From assembly GCA_045540695.1 (NCBI GenBank), contig JAZQHR010000103.1:5346-69345 (forward strand): a DNA stretch of 64,000 bases, read 5' to 3'. Below, piece after piece: positions 55,056-64,000 of the stretch. Positions within the stretch are counted from its first letter, which is position 1. Each line of letters starts with the position of its first letter. A program made the position numbers and the translations under genes. Under the pieces are notes generated by a model, which did no database searches, was not told where the DNA came from, and worked only from the letters and a program-made list of their open reading frames with translations. Source of the stretch: Clostridia bacterium (GTDB lineage Bacteria; Bacillota; Clostridia; UMGS1810).

Positions 55056-55949
55056 ATGGATGACAAATTTACTACTATAAATTTAGGTGATGAGATAATA
55101 AAGTTAATTCCGAAACCCGCAAGTGAGGGTGGTGGATACGATTATGTTATAGTTCCAAATGATGAAGCACCAAAAACTTTTAACAATAAGAAAAATAATA
55201 CCACTGCAAAACCTCATGAGCTTCATAAGGGACATCGTCAAAGAATGCGTTCAAAGTATAAGAAAAATGGTATACACAGCCTGGACCCTCATGAAGCACT
55301 TGAGATATTACTTGGATATTCAATTCCACGTAGAGAAACCAATTCTATTGCACACAGACTTATTGAGGAATTTGGCAGTTTGAAAAATGTTCTAAATGCT
55401 GACATAGAACACCTAAGCAGAGTAGAGGGAGTGGGAGAGAACACTGCTATTTTAATTACATTATGCCGTGATATCTTAGACTATGCACTTGAAAGCGCTG
55501 TTAAAAATATAAATCTCACTTCACGTGATACATTAGATGAGTTTTGTTGTGATTTATTTAGATATTCGGTTAACGAAAAACTTATTGTTATAATGACTGA
55601 TGGTAACAGAAACTTTCTGCATTACGAAGTATTGGCTCATGGTAACAGGCGTTCAGCTCAAGTTTCCATTAAAATGCTTATAGATTTAATTACAAAGCAT
55701 AACCCAAGCTGTATTATATTAGCACACAATCATCCAGGTAACAACTTAAGCCCATCATCAGTTGATGTCAAATTAACTAATGCCATTTTAAAGGCACTTG
55801 CGCCATATAAAGTTGAACTCATTGATCATCTTATATGTAATGGAAAACGTGCTTTAAGTATGGAAGACAGAGGCTTTATCAATAGAGATCTTTTAAAAGA
55901 TGAAGTAGAAATCGAAGAAATTGATTTAGGTGATATTTTTGGAAATTAA
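55056..55949 (+). CDS. radC: RadC-family JAB-domain protein with an extra ~60-aa N-terminal extension
   Basis: HKGHRQRMRSKY, HEALEILLGY, HhH LSRVEGVGENTA and JAMM-like ILAHNHPGNNLSPSSVD. ATG 55056 follows SD aggaga. Confidence 0.8.
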   Translation: MDDKFTTINLGDEIIKLIPKPASEGGGYDYVIVPNDEAPKTFNNKKNNTTAKPHELHKGHRQRMRSKYKKNGIHSLDPHEALEILLGYSIPRRETNSIAHRLIEEFGSLKNVLNADIEHLSRVEGVGENTAILITLCRDILDYALESAVKNINLTSRDTLDEFCCDLFRYSVNEKLIVIMTDGNRNFLHYEVLAHGNRRSAQVSIKMLIDLITKHNPSCIILAHNHPGNNLSPSSVDVKLTNAILKALAPYKVELIDHLICNGKRALSMEDRGFINRDLLKDEVEIEEIDLGDIFGN

Positions 55950-56826
55950 GGACATTTCAATAGAGGACAAGCATATATTTGACAAAATAATAAATTTCAG
56001 TCGAAAAAATGCCGAGGCATCTTTTGCCAATCTTTTTATATGGAGTGATATTTACAATACTAAATATTCTATCATAAATGATATGTTGTGTGTTTTTTAC
56101 ACGAGTGATTCCGGTGTTTTAAAGACAATATTTCCTTTTGGAAATGGTGATATAAAGTCAACTATCGAAATTATAAAGAATAACGTTTTTAAAGATTCAG
56201 ATACTTTTGTTATGACTGCCGTATGTGAAGATGACAAGACAAAGCTTGAAAAAATATTTGGTGATAAAGTATCCTTTGAATATGACAGAGATTCGTCTGA
56301 ATATGTATATTTATCTGACAAATTTATTACTCTTAGCGGAAAAAAACTTCACGCAAAAAGAAATCATATCAATAAATTTGAATCAATATATGATTATCGT
56401 TATAAAAATATTGAACCGGATGATTATGAAAAATGCATCCTGGCTGTTGAAGAGTGGATGCATGACAAATATGATGGTAACACAAGTGAATATTTTGATG
56501 AATTAAAAACTATTAAAAAAGCATTTTTAAACTTTGAAATACTTGGATTAAACGGTGGAGCAATATATATCGAAGATAAATTAGTAGCATTTACTATAGG
56601 CGAAAGACTAAGTGACGATATGGCGGTTGTCCATATAGAAAAGGCAGATACCAATTATCCCGGCTCTTTTGCTATTATAAATCGTGAATATATAAAGCAT
56701 AATTGGAGTGACATTAAATATATCAATAGAGAAGAAGACCTCGGAATAGAAGGGCTTAGAAAGGCTAAGTTGTCTTATTACCCTGAATTTTTGGTAGATA
56801 AGTATATTGCTACATTTAATATATAA
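55930..56826 (+). CDS. DUF2156-like (lysyl-PG-synthase C-terminal-domain / GNAT-like) protein
   Basis: The pattern ...SFANLFIWSDIYNTKY...GKKLHAKRNHINKF...EEDLGIEGLRKAKLSYYP resembles DUF2156. Start codon uncertain (GTG 55930 or TTG 55939). Confidence 0.45.
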   Translation: MIFLEIKDISIEDKHIFDKIINFSRKNAEASFANLFIWSDIYNTKYSIINDMLCVFYTSDSGVLKTIFPFGNGDIKSTIEIIKNNVFKDSDTFVMTAVCEDDKTKLEKIFGDKVSFEYDRDSSEYVYLSDKFITLSGKKLHAKRNHINKFESIYDYRYKNIEPDDYEKCILAVEEWMHDKYDGNTSEYFDELKTIKKAFLNFEILGLNGGAIYIEDKLVAFTIGERLSDDMAVVHIEKADTNYPGSFAIINREYIKHNWSDIKYINREEDLGIEGLRKAKLSYYPEFLVDKYIATFNI

Positions 56827-56840
56827 GGAGGAAATATAAA

Positions 56841-57380
56841 ATGATATGTGTATTTTTAGCGAATGGATTTGAGGAAATAGAGGCATTGGCTTTTGTAGAT
56901 ATATTAAGAAGAGCTGATATTGATGTAAAAACAGTTTCAATATACGATGATAATATGGTTACAGGAGCACATGGTATATGCGTTAAATCTGATATACTTA
57001 TAAAAAATATTAAAAAAGAAGATATAACAGGTGTTGTTTTACCGGGTGGTCTGCCTGGTACAACAAATCTTTTAGCTTCTACCGATGTAAAAGAACTAAT
57101 AGACTATGCTATGACCAATAATCTTTATGCCGGTGCAATATGCGCCGCACCTATGGTATATGGTGTGTTAGGCTATTTAAAAGGGAAAAATGCAACATCA
57201 TACCCATCTTTTCAAAATGAATTAAATGGTGCTACTGTGCTTCAGGACAGAGTTGTAAAAGATGGAAATATTATAACATCACGCGGAGCAGGCACTGCAC
57301 ACGATTTTGCATTTGAATTTGTAAAATGTATTAAAGACGAAAAAACAGCCGATTCGATCTGCGAATCAATGCAGTATTAA
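56841..57380 (+). CDS. DJ-1/PfpI-family protein
   Basis: GFEEIEA, LPGGLPG, the nucleophile elbow AICAAP and ITSRGAGTA. Confidence 0.85.
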   Translation: MICVFLANGFEEIEALAFVDILRRADIDVKTVSIYDDNMVTGAHGICVKSDILIKNIKKEDITGVVLPGGLPGTTNLLASTDVKELIDYAMTNNLYAGAICAAPMVYGVLGYLKGKNATSYPSFQNELNGATVLQDRVVKDGNIITSRGAGTAHDFAFEFVKCIKDEKTADSICESMQY

Positions 57381-57383
57381 GAT

Positions 57384-57941
57384 ATGGAAAAATCATATAT
57401 AAGAGCTCAAAAATTAAAAGAACGAAGAAGCCTTGATAAAGATATTGTTATTAAAAATAGCGAAATAATCACCAATATTATAACAAATTCTAAATGGTTT
57501 TTAGATGCTAAAACAATAATGATATATGTATCTTTTGAAAACGAAGTAGATACACATAGCATTATCGAAGCTGCATTAAAACTTGAAAAAAACGTAATAG
57601 TACCTGTATGCACGGATGATTATAATATAATTCCTGTTAAAATAGATTCTTTTTTAAATCTTACACAAAATAAATACGGAATATTGGAACCCGTTAATGT
57701 ATTACCTTATTTAGATGAGATAGACGTAGTCATAGTGCCTGGTGTTGCATTTGACAAAAATTTTAACAGAGTTGGATTTGGCAAAGGATACTACGATAAG
57801 TTTCTGTCAAATCATAAAGATGCACTTAAAGCCAGTATATGTCACGATTGTCAGCTTACAGATGAAATTTACGCCGATGAATATGATGTTAAAATGGATA
57901 TTATAATCACCGAAAAGGGGATATATGATAGAAATGATTAA
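57384..57941 (+). CDS. 5-Formyltetrahydrofolate cyclo-ligase
   Basis: VIVPGVAFDKNFNRVGFGKGYYDKFL is the family signature. Confidence 0.85.
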   Translation: MEKSYIRAQKLKERRSLDKDIVIKNSEIITNIITNSKWFLDAKTIMIYVSFENEVDTHSIIEAALKLEKNVIVPVCTDDYNIIPVKIDSFLNLTQNKYGILEPVNVLPYLDEIDVVIVPGVAFDKNFNRVGFGKGYYDKFLSNHKDALKASICHDCQLTDEIYADEYDVKMDIIITEKGIYDRND

Positions 57942-58764
57942 ATCAGCAAATTTTTTATTGATTATAATTTTAATAATGCAAAATATTATTTCTCTTTTCA
58001 CTTTGGGAGAAAATCTTTCTTATATATCAGAAGTCCTTATCAATCAGCTGTTTACGTTATGTATTCCACTAATTATATATTTGGTATATAGCAAAAGAAG
58101 GCTTTCGTTTAAAAACACTCAGTTGTCTTTTCAAAAAATAATAATATGTGCAGCAGGAACAATTTCACTTGGAATATTAGCACAATTTGTAAATATACCT
58201 GTTTTAAGTTTGATGGAAAATTATGGGAAATATAACAATGAAATATACATTCCAAACGGTTCATTTGAATTTACTGCATTTTTCATTTTAATTGCAATAA
58301 CACCTGCAATAATTGAAGAAATAATATTTAGAAAGATTGTGTTAAAAGAGTATAGGGGAGCTTATAACGATATAATTGCAATTATATTATGCGGATTTGC
58401 ATTTGCAATTTTACACGGAAATTTTGCATTATTTTTGCCTCAATTTTTAATCGGAACTTACTTAGCTTATATTACTATAAAATCAGGAGAAATATATCTG
58501 GCTGTAATTTGCCACTTTATACATAACTCATCATCGCTGATAGCACAGAAATTCTTTTATAACGAATTATCAAATTTAATATACGGAAACATGACAGTGG
58601 TATTTATAATTTCAGTTTTGATTTTGTGGTTGAGTATAATATTTTTACGCAAAGAAAAAACCACATACAAAAGAAACAAAATAGAAATCCCTGTAAGAAG
58701 CACAAAGATATCACTTTGGCTTTTTATCACAATTGCACTATTTTTTAAAATTATTTTCATTTAA
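57925..58764 (+). CDS. CPBP-family intramembrane glutamic endopeptidase
   Basis: Polytopic membrane protein with EEIIFRK, FAILH and HFIHN motifs. Confidence 0.8.
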   Translation: MIEMIKSANFLLIIILIMQNIISLFTLGENLSYISEVLINQLFTLCIPLIIYLVYSKRRLSFKNTQLSFQKIIICAAGTISLGILAQFVNIPVLSLMENYGKYNNEIYIPNGSFEFTAFFILIAITPAIIEEIIFRKIVLKEYRGAYNDIIAIILCGFAFAILHGNFALFLPQFLIGTYLAYITIKSGEIYLAVICHFIHNSSSLIAQKFFYNELSNLIYGNMTVVFIISVLILWLSIIFLRKEKTTYKRNKIEIPVRSTKISLWLFITIALFFKIIFI

Positions 58765-58798
58765 CCCGCAAGGGGATTACATGCTTAATTCATTATAC

Positions 58799-58828
58799 CA
58801 TTTCGTGAAATTAAAATTTCACGAAATG
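58799..58828. repeat. 30-nt near-perfect palindrome immediately upstream of the recombinase SD
   Basis: catttcgtgaaatt-aa-aatttcacgaaatg with 14-nt arms. It ends 1 nt before gaggaaggg (the SD) and 16 nt before ATG 58845. Confidence 0.7.
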
Positions 58829-58844
58829 AGGAAGGGCGTTTTTT

Positions 58845-59879
58845 ATGGTTGATTTAAACAGACTATATAGCCAAAGTCCTGTTGTATTAAAGGACTATCT
58901 TACATATTTATCAGTTATTAAAGGTAAATCAGACAATACAATATACAGTTATTATTTTGATTTAAAAATGTTTATCAGATTTTTAATGACTGAAAAACAA
59001 AATTATTCACTTGGTGATTTTGAAAATATTGATATTTTAGAATTTAATCAGGAAATTTTAAATTCTGTTACTCTTACAGATTTATATTCTTTTATGGCGT
59101 ACGTTACAAACAATCATTCATCAAATGATAAATACAGAGCCAGAAAAGTTTCCAGTTTAAAATCGTTCTTTAAATATCTAAGTACAAAGGCAAATATTAT
59201 AGATGATAATCCTGCATTAAATTTAGAAACACCAAAGTTAAAAAAACGTTTACCGAAATATTTATCTGTTGATGAGAGTATTAGATTTTTACAATCAATT
59301 GATGGCGATTCTAAAATAAGAGATTTAGCTATGTTCTCTCTCTTCTTAAACTGTGGTATTCGATTATCAGAGCTTGTCGGTATAAATATCCGAGATATAA
59401 ATTTCACGAAATGCACACTTAGAATAATCGGTAAAGGCGACAAAGAAAGAATTGTATATTTAAACGATTTATGCTTAAATGCTATTAAAGCGTATATGGA
59501 AGTAAGGCCAAATGACGGAGTTGTGTATGAAGACCGCGATGCGCTGTTTTTAAGCAACAAAAAACGTAGAATAAGCAACAGAATGGTACAAATTTTAGCT
59601 AAAAAATACTTTAAAGCCGCTGATATAGATGAACGTGTATTTACTCCTCATAAGTTAAGACACACAGCAGCTACAATAATGTATAATGAAGGAAACGTTG
59701 ATATAAGAACTCTACAGGAGCTTTTAGGGCATGTAAGTCTTGCGACTACACAGATATACACTCATATTAGCAATGATGAGCTTAAAAAAGCTACTCAAAG
59801 CAATCCGCTTGCAAATCTTGATATTGATTTAACAAACGATAATAAAGATGATAAAGATAAAGAAAATCCCGAAAAATAA
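58845..59879 (+). CDS. XerC/XerD-family tyrosine recombinase
   Basis: N-terminal SAM-like core-binding domain (YLSVIKGKSDNTIYSY). Catalytic GIRLSELVG (Arg), HKLRHTAAT (HxxR) and LLGHVSLATTQIYTH (His...Tyr). Acidic low-complexity tail. Confidence 0.8.
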   Translation: MVDLNRLYSQSPVVLKDYLTYLSVIKGKSDNTIYSYYFDLKMFIRFLMTEKQNYSLGDFENIDILEFNQEILNSVTLTDLYSFMAYVTNNHSSNDKYRARKVSSLKSFFKYLSTKANIIDDNPALNLETPKLKKRLPKYLSVDESIRFLQSIDGDSKIRDLAMFSLFLNCGIRLSELVGINIRDINFTKCTLRIIGKGDKERIVYLNDLCLNAIKAYMEVRPNDGVVYEDRDALFLSNKKRRISNRMVQILAKKYFKAADIDERVFTPHKLRHTAATIMYNEGNVDIRTLQELLGHVSLATTQIYTHISNDELKKATQSNPLANLDIDLTNDNKDDKDKENPEK

Positions 59880-59888
59880 TTCGGGATT
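59865..59888. terminator. Bidirectional terminator hairpin at the convergence of + and - strand genes
   Basis: aatcccgaa-aaataa-ttcgggatt. It overlaps the recombinase stop codon, with T/A runs on both sides. Confidence 0.65.
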
Positions 59889-59907
59889 TTCTAATTATTA
59901 GTTATAT

Positions 59908-60897
59908 TTAAACATCAAATCCATTTTCAATTGATTTTATAAGTAGTTTTACAGCATTATCTAAATCAGTTTTATTTATAACCTCACACGATGTATGGAT
60001 ATTTCTGCATGGAATAGAAATTGCACCGGTTAATACGCCTTCTTTTGTAGTGTGGATTACACCCGCATCTGTTCCGCCTTGCTGTAAAATTTCTAACTGA
60101 TATGGAATATTAGTACTTATTGCAGTATTTTTAAGATATTCACATATTTTTTTGCTACAAATAATAGAATTATCCTTTAATTTAATTGCAGGTCCCCTAC
60201 CCGTCTTTACATTCATATCCCTACAGCCTGGTGTATCACCTGTAGAAGTAACATCCACTGCAATTGCAATATCAGGATTTATACCAAAAGCAGCAGTTTT
60301 AGCGCCTCTTAATCCGAGCTCTTCCTGCGATGAAAACACATAATATAAAGTATTATCAGTTTTTGGCATGTTTTTAATTGTATTTATCAATGAATATACA
60401 CCTGCACGGTTATCCAGCGCCTTAGAAATGACATAATTATCATTTATAACTGTATCTCCGCAAAGCACTGCTACATCACCAATTGAAACCAATTTTTCGC
60501 TTTCTTCTTTTGAACACGTACCAATATCTACGTATAAATTTGAAAATTTTAATTTATCAACATTTTCTATCTTACTTTCATACGCAACAGCACCAATAAC
60601 GCCATTTAAAAATCTAACACGACTAAAAATTAGTGAAGGAATTTTTAATCCTCCGATCGGCGAAACACGCAAAAATCCATTATCATCAATATTGGTAACA
60701 ATAACGCCAATCTCATCAGAATGGGCACAAAACATTATCTTTTTATCATTACCATTTTTAACAGCTATAAGGTTTCCTAAAGCATCTTTATACAACGAAT
60801 CTACATAATCTATTATTTCATTTGCAATATATTCTTGAATATGTTCTTCATTTCCGGAAGGTGATGATATCTGGCATAAATTCTTTAATAAATCCAT
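59908..60897 (-). CDS. M42-family metalloaminopeptidase (FrvX/TET-like), paralog 3 of 3
   Basis: SPSGNEE, AHSDEIG, LDNRAG, SSQEELGLRGA and IPCRNIHT motifs. The ATG shares a base with the upstream stop (TAATG). Confidence 0.85.
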   Translation of the reverse strand: MDLLKNLCQISSPSGNEEHIQEYIANEIIDYVDSLYKDALGNLIAVKNGNDKKIMFCAHSDEIGVIVTNIDDNGFLRVSPIGGLKIPSLIFSRVRFLNGVIGAVAYESKIENVDKLKFSNLYVDIGTCSKEESEKLVSIGDVAVLCGDTVINDNYVISKALDNRAGVYSLINTIKNMPKTDNTLYYVFSSQEELGLRGAKTAAFGINPDIAIAVDVTSTGDTPGCRDMNVKTGRGPAIKLKDNSIICSKKICEYLKNTAISTNIPYQLEILQQGGTDAGVIHTTKEGVLTGAISIPCRNIHTSCEVINKTDLDNAVKLLIKSIENGFDV

Positions 60898-61943
60898 TAT
60901 TTTAATACCTCCTTAGTGGTAGGTTTATACATATTTATATTATACAAAATACATTTAACGAGTTTTTTAGTGCTGGTAAAATCGTCTTTACATATAACCG
61001 ATGCCGGTGAATGGATATATCTGCACGGAACAGATATAACAGCAGTTTCGCAGCCATCTCCTGAAACAGAAATAGCACCTGCATCATTGCCTCCAAAGGT
61101 AGATTGCTTATACTGAAATGTAATATTATTTTCTTTTGCTATGTCAACAATGTATTTGTTTAAATTTTTATTTGAATATGAAGCTCTGTCCATAATAGAA
61201 ATTGCCGGACCTTCGCATAATCTTGTGGCATATTCATGTATCTCTGCAGATGGCACATCCGAACAAGTAGTTGCCTCAATTATAATACTCACATCAGGGT
61301 TAATTCTGTGTGATAATACGGTAGCACCTCTAAGTCCAACTTCCTCCTGAACAGAAAAGCAAAAATATATATCACTTTCATACGAATATTTTAACATTTC
61401 AAGAAGAATAGCGCACCCTATCCTATCATCTAACGCCTTGGCTTTTATATAATTATTGTTTTCACCAAATTCTATATATTTTGAATCAAATGATATATAA
61501 TCACCAATTGATATATATTTTAGTGCATCATCTTTAGTTTTAGCGCCTATATCTATATACATATCATCTGACTTTACTACTTTTTTTCTTTCTTCCTTTT
61601 CAAGAAGATGAATAGCCTTTATGCCAATAACACCAGGAATAGAATCTTTTCCAATAACCACTCTTTGTGATAAAAGTAAGCGATCATCTATTCCACCTAC
61701 TTTTTTGAAGCGTATAAATCCATTTTCATCTATTTTAGAAACGATTAAACCTACCTCATCCATGTGACAAGTTAACATAACTTTGTTATCGTTAACTTTA
61801 TTACCTTTTTTATACAAAATCACGTTTCCCATAGTGTCAATAGTAATTTCACTAGCGTATTTTTTTGCTTTTGAAATTATATAATCACGTACGGTATTTT
61901 CATTTCCAGAAACACCATTTAAATTTGTAAGTTGTTCTAACAT
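60897..61943 (-). CDS. M42-family metalloaminopeptidase, paralog 2 of 3
   Basis: VSGNEN, CHMDEVG, LDDRIG, VQEEVGLRGA and VPCRYIHSP motifs. SD ggagga upstream; overlaps the upstream gene by 7 nt. Confidence 0.85.
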   Translation of the reverse strand: MLEQLTNLNGVSGNENTVRDYIISKAKKYASEITIDTMGNVILYKKGNKVNDNKVMLTCHMDEVGLIVSKIDENGFIRFKKVGGIDDRLLLSQRVVIGKDSIPGVIGIKAIHLLEKEERKKVVKSDDMYIDIGAKTKDDALKYISIGDYISFDSKYIEFGENNNYIKAKALDDRIGCAILLEMLKYSYESDIYFCFSVQEEVGLRGATVLSHRINPDVSIIIEATTCSDVPSAEIHEYATRLCEGPAISIMDRASYSNKNLNKYIVDIAKENNITFQYKQSTFGGNDAGAISVSGDGCETAVISVPCRYIHSPASVICKDDFTSTKKLVKCILYNINMYKPTTKEVLK

Positions 61944-62977
61944 AGCACATCCTCCACATTTTTGGTAGAAATGAGAAAATTATATATTGCATCAACCGTT
62001 GAAATTACATCATCTACACTTAATGTTTCAATGCATGTATGCATATATCTCAAAGGAATTGAAAATAACACAGTTGGAACACCATTTTTAGCTACTTGAA
62101 CAGACCACGCGTCTGTTCCTGTGTGGCCACCTTCTACATCAACGGTATATTTTATATTATTTTTATCTAATATTTTAATAAGGTTATCACACAAAATTGG
62201 ATGAATGTTAGGACCTTTTGTAATTATTGTACCATCACCTAGCTTATAAGTGTCTTTTGATGCGTCCGGTGAATCGCCATGGCATACATCTATAACAATT
62301 GCAACATCAGGATCTATGCCATAAGTTACTGTCTTACTGCCACGACATCCTACTTCTTCTTGAGTAGCCGCTACACAGTACAAATCAAAGCTTAACGTTG
62401 TGTTTTTTAATTTTTCTAATATTTCAAGTATCGCAGCTACAGATGTTCTATCATCCTGACATTTTGTGCTAATTCGATTGTTTAGAAGCATATTTGTCTG
62501 ATTATTTACAGTTATAACATCGCCTATTTCAACACTTTTTTCGAGTTCTTTTTTACTCATGCAGCAATCTATATACAGCTTATCTATTTCAACTGCCTTA
62601 CCCATATCCTCATCAGATAAAATATGCGGCGGTGTAGCACCTATAACGCCAAATATATCTTTTTTTCCATGCACTATGACTTCTTTTGACAATAAAGTTC
62701 TTGGATCAACACCACCAATCGGAACAAATTTAATAAAACCATTATCATCAATTTCATTAACCATAAATCCAATTTCGTCAATATGTGCTTCAATCATTAT
62801 TCTTTTGGCATTTGATTTTCCGCATTTCTTTATCGCTACGAGATTTCCAAGGCTATCAGTATAGCTTTCGTCACAATATTCATCTAGCATTTCCTTTACC
62901 ACCGACGAAGCTTTGTCTTCGTAACCGGAAACTCCTGTCAAATTTGAAAGCATTTTTATATTCTCAATCAAACTCAT
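61937..62977 (-). CDS. M42-family metalloaminopeptidase, paralog 1 of 3
   Basis: VSGYED, AHIDEIG, QDDRTS, TQEEVGCRGS and IPLRYMHT motifs. ATG at 62977 follows SD gaggtg (the track starts at TTG 62989). Confidence 0.85.
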   Translation of the reverse strand: MSLIENIKMLSNLTGVSGYEDKASSVVKEMLDEYCDESYTDSLGNLVAIKKCGKSNAKRIMIEAHIDEIGFMVNEIDDNGFIKFVPIGGVDPRTLLSKEVIVHGKKDIFGVIGATPPHILSDEDMGKAVEIDKLYIDCCMSKKELEKSVEIGDVITVNNQTNMLLNNRISTKCQDDRTSVAAILEILEKLKNTTLSFDLYCVAATQEEVGCRGSKTVTYGIDPDVAIVIDVCHGDSPDASKDTYKLGDGTIITKGPNIHPILCDNLIKILDKNNIKYTVDVEGGHTGTDAWSVQVAKNGVPTVLFSIPLRYMHTCIETLSVDDVISTVDAIYNFLISTKNVEDVLC

Positions 62978-62985
62978 AATACACC

Positions 62986-64000
62986 TCAAAATGAATTTAC
63001 TATAGCTTTAAATTTATTTCCTCTCTCTTCAAAGTTTTTAAATAAATCAAAGCTTGCACATGCAGGAGAAAGAAGTACTATATCTCCTTCTCTTCCAAGA
63101 GTAGCAGCAGCTTTAACAGCAAATTCAAAATCTTTTGCCATTACTATTGGCAATTTTTCTTCATATTCTCCGTATGCAGATTCAATTTCTCTTTTTAATT
63201 TATTTGCAGTCGCACCTACCAAAACAATAGCTTTTACATGCTCTTTAATAACTTTTCCAAATCCGTCAAACGAAATATTTTTATCATATCCTCCGGCAAT
63301 CAAAATTACTTTTTGATCATAAGATTTAAGTCCGGCAGTAGTACGTGTAGGGGTACTTGCAATGGAATCATTATAGTATTTAACGCCATTTACTTCACGA
63401 ACAAATTCAAGTCGGTGTGCAACTCCTGTGAAGTTTTTCGCAACCTTCTTTATAGCAAATTCGTCAACTATTCCATACACCGCAGAAATAGCTGTTATAT
63501 AGTTTTCTACGTTGTGGTCACCAGGCAGAATAATATCACTTTTATCCATTATATAAGTGTCATTAAAGTAAATCTTATTACCTGATAAATACGCACCATT
63601 TGTTTTATTTTTACTGCTAAATTTAACTACGCTTCCATTAGCTTCATTCTCAAATGAATTTGTAATATCATTTTCAGCATTTATAATAAGCTTTGAATCA
63701 GAATTTTGATATTTAAAGATGTTTTTCTTTGAATCAACGTATTCCTCCATCGACTTATGCCAATCAAGATGATTTGGGGTAATATTAGTTATTACAGATA
63801 TATCCGGACTGTGAGTTAGGTCAAAAAGCTGAAAACTGCTTAGCTCTGCCACAACAATGTCATCAGAGTGTGTCTTTTCCAAAAGACCCATTAGAGGTGT
63901 GCCAATATTTCCACCTACAAAGCACGATTTACCTCCTGCTTTTAGCATTTCATATATAAGTGTAGTTGTAGTTGTTTTACCATCACTACCTGTTATACCT
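62986..64000 (-). CDS. murD: UDP-N-acetylmuramoylalanine--D-glutamate ligase (N-terminus beyond the window edge)
   Basis: The reverse frame stays open to position 64000 and reads GITGSDGKTTTTTLIYEMLKAGGK (Mur ligase P-loop). Then NITPNHLDWH, GVAHRLE and SPACASFD. Confidence 0.9.
   Translation of the reverse strand, partial: GITGSDGKTTTTTLIYEMLKAGGKSCFVGGNIGTPLMGLLEKTHSDDIVVAELSSFQLFDLTHSPDISVITNITPNHLDWHKSMEEYVDSKKNIFKYQNSDSKLIINAENDITNSFENEANGSVVKFSSKNKTNGAYLSGNKIYFNDTYIMDKSDIILPGDHNVENYITAISAVYGIVDEFAIKKVAKNFTGVAHRLEFVREVNGVKYYNDSIASTPTRTTAGLKSYDQKVILIAGGYDKNISFDGFGKVIKEHVKAIVLVGATANKLKREIESAYGEYEEKLPIVMAKDFEFAVKAAATLGREGDIVLLSPACASFDLFKNFEERGNKFKAIVNSF

Noticed and set aside
58805-58822. 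Rex-operator-like GTGAA...TTCAC core in the palindrome
   Set aside because: The spacing between GTGAA and TTCAC is 8 nt, whereas Rex boxes (TTGTGAA-N4-TTCACAA) have 4. The flanking bases also differ.
59399-59413. 15-nt exact repeat (aaatttcacgaaatg) of the right palindrome arm (58814-58828), inside the recombinase coding region
   Set aside because: A single 15-mer coincidence is within chance expectation for all-versus-all comparison of 64 kb of AT-rich sequence. There is no partner half-site at the second location.
59880-59915. dif-like site at the + to - strand switch next to a Xer-type recombinase gene
   Set aside because: The best manual alignments to the Firmicutes dif consensus (ACTTCCTAGAATATATATTATGTAAACT) give only about 6-7 of 11 matches per arm in AT-rich DNA. 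A 4-kb reverse-strand stretch is too short to infer a replication terminus.
1-64000. Scan for CRISPR arrays, rRNA genes, retron/DGR-like repeats and long direct repeats
   Set aside because: I saw no regularly spaced direct repeats with unique spacers and no rRNA-like conserved blocks. The intergenic regions are short and are explained by promoters, terminators and the RNase P RNA. This was a by-eye scan, so short or degenerate repeats could have been missed.

Overview
This is a low-GC chromosome segment from a spore-forming Firmicutes (Clostridia-like) organism: spoIIA/sigF and spoIIIAA-AH operons, whiA and hprK are present, and one phage protein carries an SLH domain. It divides into four parts. 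(1) Positions 1 to about 15.9 kb are the right-hand end of an integrated prophage or phage-like element that continues upstream of the window. It carries a RecD2-like helicase, a solo TnpB element, a Lar-like anti-restriction gene, a run of small Cys-rich/zinc-ribbon ORFs and a cell-wall module (3D-domain protein, frameshifted C1 peptidase-SLH). It also carries an HPr/Crh-like protein and a dense nucleotide-metabolism block: ThyX-like, DUF1599-like, P-loop-less dNMP-kinase-like, nucleoside deoxyribosyltransferase-like, NrdH-like, NrdD, NrdG, a mini ferredoxin:thioredoxin-reductase-like protein and Dut. It ends with an Xis-like gene and a tyrosine integrase, at the 3' fragment of a long-variable-arm tRNA plus its terminator (att remnant). 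(2) Positions 16.3-24 kb hold an unusual enzyme cluster in which an L-serine dehydratase and a phosphoglucosamine mutase are each fused N-terminally to an XRE-type HTH domain. With them are CapA-family, M20 amidohydrolase, hexapeptide-repeat and amidohydrolase genes. (3) Positions 24-59.9 kb are co-directional housekeeping and sporulation genes: ddh, hprK, glcK, murB, whiA, an orphan TRAP gene (mtrB), pfkA-pyk, valS, folC and spoIIAA-AB-sigF. They continue with a Wzz/BY-kinase/phosphatase trio, trmK, nif3, RNase P RNA, dut, spoIIIAA-AH, asp23, nusB, xseAB, ispA, dxs, tlyA, radC, a CPBP protease and a Xer-type recombinase. (4) Positions 59.9-64 kb are on the reverse strand: three translationally coupled M42 aminopeptidase paralogs and the 3' part of murD, which runs off the window. 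I saw no CRISPR array, rRNA or intact tRNA. All domain calls rest on motifs I recognised by eye in the supplied translations; no database search was run.
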